From Octopus sinensis (taxonomy: Eukaryota), in contig NW_021825993.1 of assembly GCF_006345805.1 (NCBI RefSeq), positions 1-14,011 on the forward strand: a stretch of 14,011 bases of DNA, read 5' to 3'. A model generated the notes under the pieces. The model searched no databases, was not told the DNA's origin, and worked only from the letters and a program-made list of their open reading frames with translations. Both the position numbers and the translations under genes were made by a program. Of this stretch, positions 7,128 through 14,011 are shown piece after piece. The first letter of the stretch is position 1. Every line of letters begins with the position of its first letter.

Positions 7128-7725
7128 ATATATATATATATATATATATAATACATATATATATATATATTATATATTATATATATATATATATATACAT
7201 ATGTTTGTGTTTTGTGTATGCATCTATGTACGTATACATATATACCAAACTTATATATGTGCATCTACCTCCCACCTCTCTCTCTCTCCTTTCCCTCTCC
7301 ATCTATATATATATATAATTATGCATGTTTATATATACACTTACACATATTTATATATACACTCACAGATATATATGTACATATATATATGTATATATGG
7401 GTGGGGTGCGTGTGCATACGTCCAATGCATACATTTAACAGGCTATACAAATTTGTGTCGTTTTATCCATCCATACGACTGCTTATTTCTCAAACTTACA
7501 ATGCACTAATGTATAAGTATTTACTCATAACGCTATATTATTAATTATACATACATTCATATATACATATATATATATATATGTATGTGTATATGTATAT
7601 ATATAATAATATATATATATATAATATATATTATATAATATATATATATACATACATATACATACATATAAGCATGCATACATACATGCATGTATACATA
7701 TGCACACATATATAGATACAATATA
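7048..7725. repeat. Compound (TCTA)n/(TA)n/(CT)n/(TACA)n microsatellite region
   Basis: Read directly from the sequence. Confidence 0.9.
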
Positions 7726-7829
7726 GACAACACCTTGACGAGATGTCATGTCGCCAAGGGCAGAATTCCTTCAGCTGACAATATTGAATATTTTTGCCTC
7801 CAAATCTAATTTCACCAGCAACACTGTAA

Positions 7830-8127
7830 ATGTGCGTGAGTGCGTGCGTGTGTGTCTGTTTGTGTGTGTGTGTGTGTTTGTTTGTTTGTTTGTGTGTGTA
7901 TGCACGTATTTTTAGTTCTTTGTTATTAGCTTACAAACGCACGCGTCCGCACCAACATACACGCATACTCACACACACACACGCATACACACACGAATAT
8001 ATATTGTCGGAACTAACAATACGTTTCATTTCTTTTTTTTTTAGTCCTCATGTTCACCTTTTTCTTATTTTTGATCTTTATTTTCTTTCTTTTTCTTTCT
8101 CTTTCCACCCCTCTCTCTCTTCTCCGT

Positions 8128-8168
<41 letters not shown>

Positions 8169-8200
8169 ATATATATATATATATGTAAGGTGTGTATTTT
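7830..8200. repeat. (TG)n, (CA)n, (CT)n, (TA)n microsatellites and pyrimidine-rich low-complexity sequence
   Basis: Read directly from the sequence. Confidence 0.85.
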
Positions 8201-8202
8201 TG

Positions 8203-8300
8203 TGCGTCTGGGTGTGTATGTGGTAAAGAACAGCGCTTTGCAATCTCGCGGTTCGGGTTCTGTGCCACTGTGCAGAACCTTGGGCACATAACTTCTACTG
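8203..8300 (+). mobile_element. tRNA/CORE-type SINE (family C), 5' fragment
   Basis: GTGGTAAAGAA...GGTTCGGGTTCTGTGCCACTG...ACCTTGGGCA...CTTCTACT, homologous to 12366-12470. Confidence 0.6.
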
Positions 8301-8599
8301 AGGACTTTGCTCTCTTCCCCAACGTAATTGTGATGTAGGGCGGTAAATACGGGCCGGGGTCCTTCTTGAGTTAGATTTCTGGCGGATATACGCATGTATA
8401 TTGTTGGAGGGAAGCAAAACACCTCTGAATATGATGAGAACAAAACACGAGGACAACACTGGTGGTTATTCCCCGTGTAAATCCTGAACATCTGGAAAAG
8501 GTTCCAGCCTTCATATCTCTGCCAAATAAGAGGTAACTATGAGTGATTGTTGAAGATAAATGACCAAGATGCCATGTCTGTAGAAACATTGACTACCCC

Positions 8600-9230
8600 T
8601 TTTGCAACAATAATAACTATGCAACAACAGAAGCAGTAGCAATAGTAGCAACAAGACAAATAAAAGTACTACAATAACAGCGTCTGGTTCAATATCAACA
8701 ACAACAAGGAAACCCCCCAAAACCGCGGCGGAAACTGTGTAAACAGCAACAGCAATAGCACCAACACCATTAACGGTAAGTACGGTGAGCTGGCAGAAAC
8801 GTTTGCATGCCGGGCGAAATGCGTAGCCGTATTTCGTCTGCCGTTACGTTGTGAGTTCAAATTCCGCCGAAGTCGACTTTGCCTTTCAGCCTTTCGGGGT
8901 CGATATTTTAAGTACCAGTTACGCACTGAGGCCGATGTAATCGACTTAATCCGTTTGTCTGTCCTTGTTTGTCCCCTCTGTGTGGTAGTAAAGAAATAGG
9001 TAAGTACACCATCAGTGCCACCACCCCTTGTGGGTAGTAAAGAAATAGGTAAGTACACCATCAGTGCCACCACCGCCACTAAAAACAGCAAATAGAAAAT
9101 GAACGAAATAACAACGGACACACAAGAGAAAAATCAGGAAACGCACGAACACAACAAGAACCAAAACAAAAATAATTAAATGCACAACTCCAACCACAAC
9201 AACAAACTGCAGCCACCACCAGCTTTGTGC
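8600..9230. repeat. Degenerate (CAA/CAG/AAC)n trinucleotide low-complexity tract interrupted by a SINE
   Basis: Read directly from the sequence at 8600-8774 and 9075-9230. Confidence 0.7.
8784..8998 (+). mobile_element. SINE family A, full length (tail type 3), with 9-bp TSD
   Basis: A-box TGGCAGAAACG, B-box GAGTTCAAATTCC and the shared body. GGTAAGTAC lies at 8775-8783 and 8999-9007. Confidence 0.9.
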
Positions 9231-9556
9231 TAGTAACGTGTAAATTTAAAGCACCGTTATCTTACATAGAACCGAGATGATAAGACACAGACACAGAAGA
9301 GGAGGTTCTCAATAATAGGACAGTGAAAGTCACGGAGAACCTGAAATTGATAAGGCTGTTAACAGAACGAAATAGGTAATGAGATTCCTACATGATGCAA
9401 CGCTCAGCGTCACGGCCTTGGACTGGCTACTTCAGAGTTTCTCCAAGCAACCCCACACAAAGAAGGGATTTAATAGAACCGATTACATTCAGATATAAAA
9501 AAAAATTAAGGTAGGTGACCTTCTTTTCTTCTTCCCTTCTTTTCTTCACTATCAAC

Positions 9557-10358
9557 GTGGCAGCTTTAAGAGGGGATTGCATACATGCACGTGGCCTGGT
9601 TTCACCTAGAAAGCATGGGTGACTATTCACTTACCTCAGGGCACTAGCTATGGATATGATAACCATCAGCTGCATAATTTCCTACGTACATGCTATGGCA
9701 CCTAAATTTCATGACTTTGAGATCTACTCATCGTTGAGCCAACCTAGAATGGGAGCCGGAATGCTAGCGTTATTTTAGAGAGGCCTGACCCGCCTTCAAG
9801 ATGTGGTCTATCTTTCTTGACCTAAACAGTAAGTTGATGGTCCAAGATATCATGAGGGGAGTGTCTTCAATCTAGCAGCTGTCTACACAGCGACAGAGCC
9901 GAGGCCACAAGGTGTCTGGAGGATTTTGTCAGAACGTCCAGCTCTTTATTAACGGACTAGCTGATTGGAGAAAAGGTGCAAAAGACTTGCAAATTTGCTC
10001 GAGGCTTTCTTCAATGAGGGGTTTTCTTGAATGAGATAATGTGGACATGAGGAAACAGTACGGGATCATCGGATCATCGGATCCGGTTATAGGTCAACTC
10101 CATTGTGAAAATCTCTCCGCGGCCTTCCCTTGGTCAGGAAGGGCAGGCAGTTTCCCTCTGTATGGTGGCAGTGACGAAATATGTTATGCAGTGGACGCAA
10201 TTAAAAAGGCTGAAGACAGGTACTTTCCTCTTCGGCCAAGATCCCATCAGCTTTTTCAGGTTCTAATCCAGATAAGAGGGAGCTGCTGTCTCCCAGTAAA
10301 TTTGTATGTAGTGAGAATGGCCCGAATAAATGAACCTACTCGAGGCTTGTGCCTATAG
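9557..10358 (+). pseudogene. L1/Tx1-type ORF2 remnant: APE endonuclease N-terminal part fused to the ORF2 C-terminus, RT absent
   Basis: APE motifs in the correct order: CIHARGL (9578-9598, N-terminal xNxRGL motif), MDMITIS, FEIYSS...GAGMLALF, IFLDLNSKLMVQD, FNLAAVYTAT (9866-9895, VYAP motif), CKRLANLL, MWT*GNSTGSS (TW motif). Then VAVTKYVMQWTQLKRLKTGTFLFGQDPISFF...RMARINE...* resembles recalled Octopus L1 ORF2 C-termini. Confidence 0.65.
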
Positions 10359-10477
10359 ACTGAAATTTACGGAGGAGAGAAGAATAACTAACCTAGTACA
10401 CTGGGTGAGCATGGTGACTCGGGGCTTGTGGGTCCCTTGACCGTCCTTGAGTGGAGCTCTATTTAATTTCATTTTTT

Positions 10478-10557
10478 GAATCGACCCCAGTACTTGTTTT
10501 TTAAACCTAGTACTTATTCTATCGGAATCTTTTGCCGAACCTCTAAGTTACGGGGAC
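10478..10557 (-). mobile_element. SINE family C, internal 3'-body fragment
   Basis: The reverse complement GTCCCCGTAACTTAGAGGTTCGGCAAAAG...GATAGAATAAGTACTAGG...GTACTGGGGTCGATT is homologous to 12848-12960. Confidence 0.7.
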
Positions 10558-11297
10558 CTGAATTTTATTGTTGTTATTGTTATTGTTTTTATCGTTTACA
10601 CGTGTTTTTTATATATTCCCACTGTCCTTTGTTTTGTACTTTTTGCATGCGTCCTTTGTGGCCAATTAGGTAAGAATTATTATTTTTATTAATATTATCA
10701 TTATCATCATCGTTAATATTACCGAGCAACAATAACAGGGGAGATAAGTATTAAATGCTTACAGGCACAACAAATAGGGTACCGACTGATACGTATTCTG
10801 ACACATGATTAATGTCATAAAACAACCATTACGACTGTCAGATGCTTACATATTACAAATCCTAGCTTTCACTGAAGTAAGAACAATGCGAAATAACCTG
10901 GAAAAGAAACAAAACCCGCGAAACAAAACTCCGAGGTCCCCACCACCCTTCTACCCATCTCTTTTCCGTAAAAAAAAGGTAGCTTGCGGCTTGTTTGGAG
11001 GTAAGATACTTTGAATGCGCTCGAAAAAAAAAAACTGTAGAAAAAATTATTTCACACCGAGGTACGAACGAAATATTTACTATTTCCATGCTATTATTTA
11101 TAGTTGTATGTGCTTCGAGGTCCACTGTTCTATAAAATATATGTAGCTTAACAGAAATTTGGTCCGCAGAGAGGGGTCTTTCGTATCGTTATTTTAGAGG
11201 CTGCCCTCACTGGCTGGCAAACCCTTTGATTTAGTTTAACGGTGAAATGAGAATGTGTAACGTTCATGCCTTTTCAAATGTAGGTGGAGTATAATAA

Positions 11298-11500
11298 TAG
11301 TGGTTACAAATTTTGGCGCAAGGCCAGCAGAGGAAGTCGATTACATCGACCCCAGTACTTGACTAGTACATAATTAATCGACTCCGGAAGAATGAAAAGC
11401 AAAGTCGAACTCAGTGGAACTTTAGTTCAGAACATAAAGACAAGAAATGCTGTTGAGCGTTTTGTCCGACGCGCAAACGGTTCTGCCATCTTGCCGCCTT
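11298..11500 (-). mobile_element. SINE family A (tail type 1)
   Basis: The reverse complement carries the head AAGGCGGCAAGATGGCAGAA, the GTCGAT-GTA-ATCGAC hairpin and a type 1 tail. Confidence 0.8.
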
Positions 11501-11517
11501 GAGACAGAGCATAATAA

Positions 11518-11688
11518 CCTTTTCTACTAAAGGCACAGAGCCTGAAATACTGGCAGAGGGGGTTTTCCGATTACCTCGACCCAGTACTTGACTGGCACTT
11601 ATTTTAACGACCTCAGTAGAATTTGAGCTCAGAACACAAAGACAGACGAAATGCCGTTAAGCTAACGGTTCTGTCAGTTCACTGCCTT
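11518..11688 (-). mobile_element. SINE family A, internally deleted (tail type 2)
   Basis: Head AAGGCAGTGAACTGACAGAA on the minus strand, deletion between CGACC repeats (junction 11608-11612), tail CTTTTCTACTAAAGGCAC on the plus strand. Confidence 0.75.
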
Positions 11689-11705
11689 GAAACGGAGTAT
11701 GATAA

Positions 11706-11908
11706 TGGGTTTCAAACTTTGGCACAAAGCCAGCAATTTTAGATGAAGTGGGTAAGTCGATTACATTGACCACATGTGTTTGACTGGTACTTATTTTGTC
11801 GATCCTGAAAGGATGAAAGGCAAAGTCGACCCCGGCGGAATTTGAACGTACGAAATGCCGTTAAACATTTTGTCCGGTGTGCTAACATTTCTGCCGGCTT
11901 GCCGCCTT
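11706..11908 (-). mobile_element. SINE family A (tail type 1)
   Basis: Head AAGGCGGCAAGCCGGCAGAA on the minus strand. The body GAAAGGATGAAAGGCAAAGTCGACC is intact. Confidence 0.85.
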
Positions 11909-11925
11909 AAGACGGAATATATTAA

Positions 11926-12076
11926 TTGTTTCCTTATTGCCCACAACGAGCTAAACACAGAGGGGACAAACAAGGACAAGCAAAGGGAATCGATTACATC
12001 GACCCTAGTGCGTAACTGGTACTTATTTAATCGACCCCGAAAGGATGAAATGTAAAATCGACCTCGGGGGAATTTG
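11926..12076 (-). mobile_element. SINE family A, 5'-truncated at the B-box (tail type 3), with 13-bp TSD
   Basis: AAGACGGAATATA lies at 11909-11921 and 12077-12089. The body and type 3 tail match 6232-6466 and 8784-8998. Confidence 0.85.
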
Positions 12077-12228
12077 AAGACGGAATATAATAACGAAAAA
12101 CTGAAAGCTTTAGCTACACTATAAGAATCGAAACCGGTTCCCTAATAACATTTGGATAATGTAACACCACAATTTGAAAGTGTATTATAGATAATCACAA
12201 GCGAACGGGTGTATAAAGATAGTAAATG

Positions 12229-12350
12229 TGTTATTGCTGTTGTTATTTTATTTAATCTCAGGTTATCCTTGATTGGGTAGTTTTATAGTCAAAGACATTC
12301 CAGCCGCGACCACCTGTCGTTTTAAGAATATCAATGACTACATTACCAAA
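12229..12350 (-). mobile_element. Probable 3' tail fragment of another SINE/RTE-related repeat
   Basis: The minus strand TGGTCGCGGCTGGAATGTCTTTGA...AACCTGAGATTAAATAA followed by an (AAC)-like tail resembles a recalled Octopus SINE tail (unverified). Confidence 0.35.
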
Positions 12351-12365
12351 ATTGAATTGTGAATA

Positions 12366-13030
12366 AGCGCGGCTGTTATAAGAAGTTTGTTTTCCAATAA
12401 AAAGCTTAAAAGCTTTCAAGTTCAGTCTCACTGCGTAGCACCTTCGGCAAGTGTCTTCTACTGTAGCCCCGGGCCAACCAAACTTTGTGAATGTATTTGG
12501 CAGACGGAAAGTAAAAGAAGTCCGCTGAATATACAGAGACATATACAAACATATATACATATCAAGAAATGCAAGGAATGAAGAAGATAAATAAATACGT
12601 CATATGTTTCAAAGCTACAGTTTATGTTTTACATAACGCTTCACACATACAAAAACCGTTTTGTATCCTCAGGTTCAATTATCTTCGAGTTGTCCAATTA
12701 CCTTCGTCGCATGTATATACATACATACATGTGGATGTGGATGTATGTTTGTATGTGTGTGTATCCATGTATATGTATGTCTTTGTGTCTGTGTCGTGTT
12801 TGACCACCACCACCACTCAACCACCTGACAATTGCTGTTGGTTTGTTTATGTCACAGTAACATTAGCTGTTCGGCAAAAAAAGTGAGATCAGATGAAATA
12901 AGCACGAGACTTTAATAACAAAAAAAAAAACTAAAAAACTAAGTACCGGAGCTGATTTTATGCGAATAAGACCCTTCAAGGTGGTGCCCCAGCATGGCTG
13001 TAGTCAAGATGATTGAACCATATAAAAGAT
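12366..13030 (+). mobile_element. tRNA/CORE-type SINE (family C) with internal microsatellite-rich middle
   Basis: 5' part CACTGCGTAGCACCTTCGGCAAGTGTCTTCTACTGTAGCC...GACGGAAAG...AAGAAG (to ~12530). 3' part GTAACATTAGCTGTTCGGCAAAA...CCTTCAAGGTGGTGCCCCAGCATGGC (12785-13030). Two partial homologs lie elsewhere in the window. Confidence 0.7.
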
Positions 13031-13129
13031 GTCTACCCAGTAGAAATAATTTTAGTAGTTTACGTCATATACTAAATTTAACACATTACATCACACACTG
13101 CACTCGGTCACTCAACAACGTATCTTTCC

Positions 13130-13361
13130 ATATATCTCGCAATACTTTCCCACATACATACATACTACATACATATACATACATACACACATACGTACGT
13201 ACGTACATGCGCACAGACACACGTACACGTTTATCTAACTACTGTGACACTTCAGTAAACAATATATACGTATTGATAAAACGAAGATAAATAATCCTCT
13301 CACGATTGTCAAGTATTTATTTGCTTGGACTTAGTTTATATGTTTTTATATATTTGTAGTT

Positions 13362-13409
<48 letters not shown>

Positions 13410-13647
13410 TATGTGTGTGTGTGTCTGTGTGTATGTGTGTGCATTTGTACTTTTTGCATTATTTTTTATAGTGTCTGGTTTCTTATCAGTTGTAGTAGTA
13501 GTATCAGTAGCAGCAGCAGCAGTAGTAGTAGTAGTAGTAGTCATGGTGGTGGTAGTGGTGGTGGTGGTAATAGTTTTACAAATTCAAGATGGGACAGTTG
13601 AAATTCTTATGCGACCTAGTCAATGAAGTGTGTATGTGGCCCGTAAT

Positions 13648-13746
<99 letters not shown>

Positions 13747-13750
13747 TAGA

Positions 13751-13786
<36 letters not shown>

Positions 13787-13805
13787 GTAGATAGAAGATA
13801 GATAG

Positions 13806-13847
<42 letters not shown>

Positions 13848-13860
13848 TGATAGATATGAG
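13130..13860. repeat. Microsatellite block: (TACA)n, (TG)n, (GTA/GCA/GTG)n, (TA)n(GA)n(GATA)n
   Basis: Read directly from the sequence. Confidence 0.9.
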
Positions 13861-14011
13861 AGATTGCTAGCCATTACACATTCTTATTTTCTCTCCTTGT
13901 TCTTTCTGTGTTCTTTTCTGTGGAAGAGCGTAGTCTCGAAACGTTAAAGACGTTTTCCCTTCCCGAGCGTTATATTAATACATCTGTTTGTTGTCTACAC
14001 CACCGTCTTCG
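13861..14011 (+). mobile_element. PLE-type terminal repeat fragment with degenerate hammerhead motif (family P3); runs off the window end
   Basis: Contains CTGTGGA-A-GAGC-GTAG-TCTC-GAAACGTT-AAAG. The flanking sequence differs from P1 and P2. Confidence 0.45.
13914..13949 (+). ncRNA. Degenerate minimal type I hammerhead-like motif
   Basis: Core CTGTGGA (13918-13924; A6 replaced by U), 3-bp stem II plus a mismatch, GAAA (13938-13941), CGTT, helix I TTTT/AAAG. Confidence 0.35.

Larger units (their letters stand above)
9330..10665 (+). mobile_element. Internally deleted L1/Tx1-clade LINE (possible ORF1 tail, ORF2 remnant, 3' UTR)
   Basis: The ORF2 remnant is described in the next feature. The outer boundaries (ORF1 tail ~9330-9500; T-rich 3' UTR ending near TGTGGCCAAT ~10655) are inferred from recalled consensus and are approximate. 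Confidence 0.5.

Noticed and set aside
8775-8783. Functional splice donor G|GTAAGT at the SINE target site
   Set aside because: The upstream sequence is degenerate trinucleotide repeat with no acceptor or recognisable exon, so the motif is adequately explained as target sequence.
10041-10358. 105-aa ORF as a host gene
   Set aside because: It lies within the decayed L1/Tx1 remnant, and only its last ~17 codons coincide with the retroelement frame.
11281-12093. CRISPR array (repeat-spacer appearance; also the TACA array with inserts at 3390-3938)
   Set aside because: The repeats are only ~17 nt and degenerate, the spacers are 150-200-bp homologous SINEs, there are no cas genes, and the context is eukaryotic.
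506-13874. ORF-track ORFs as genes (e.g. 506-895, 3384-3680, 6829-7509, 7830-8291, 8669-9121, 13363-13626)
   Set aside because: They are translations of stop-free microsatellite or low-complexity frames (YIHT, IYLS, poly-I/N/V) or of SINE antisense sequence. Many rely on TTG/GTG starts, which are not meaningful for eukaryotic DNA.

Overview
AT-rich eukaryotic, repeat-saturated non-coding DNA, most likely from Octopus (a coleoid cephalopod). That assignment rests on my recollection of the SINE and interspersed-repeat consensus sequences plus the dense (TACA)n, (TAA)n, (TA)n and (GATA)n microsatellites, not on a database search. No intact protein-coding gene, rRNA, tRNA or CRISPR array is supported; the ORF track is microsatellite or transposon debris. 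The window is a nested mobile-element landscape. It holds tRNA-headed SINEs of at least three families, including two head-to-tail clusters, and a Tc1/mariner-pogo (Tc2-like) MITE with TA duplication. It also holds a decayed Ty3/gypsy gag with a tRNA-Ser primer-binding site and candidate LTR, and an internally deleted L1/Tx1-type ORF2. Two different restriction-like-endonuclease (RLE) non-LTR retrotransposon 3' fragments are present, one in (TAA)n and one abutting (TACA)n. Four minimal type I hammerhead-ribozyme-like motifs from three repeat families occur, one with an intact catalytic core (2690-2735). The most interesting signals are the hammerhead repeats and their inverted nested arrangement, the apparent microsatellite-specific RLE lineages, and an array of four SINEs separated by five copies of one ~17-nt target site.
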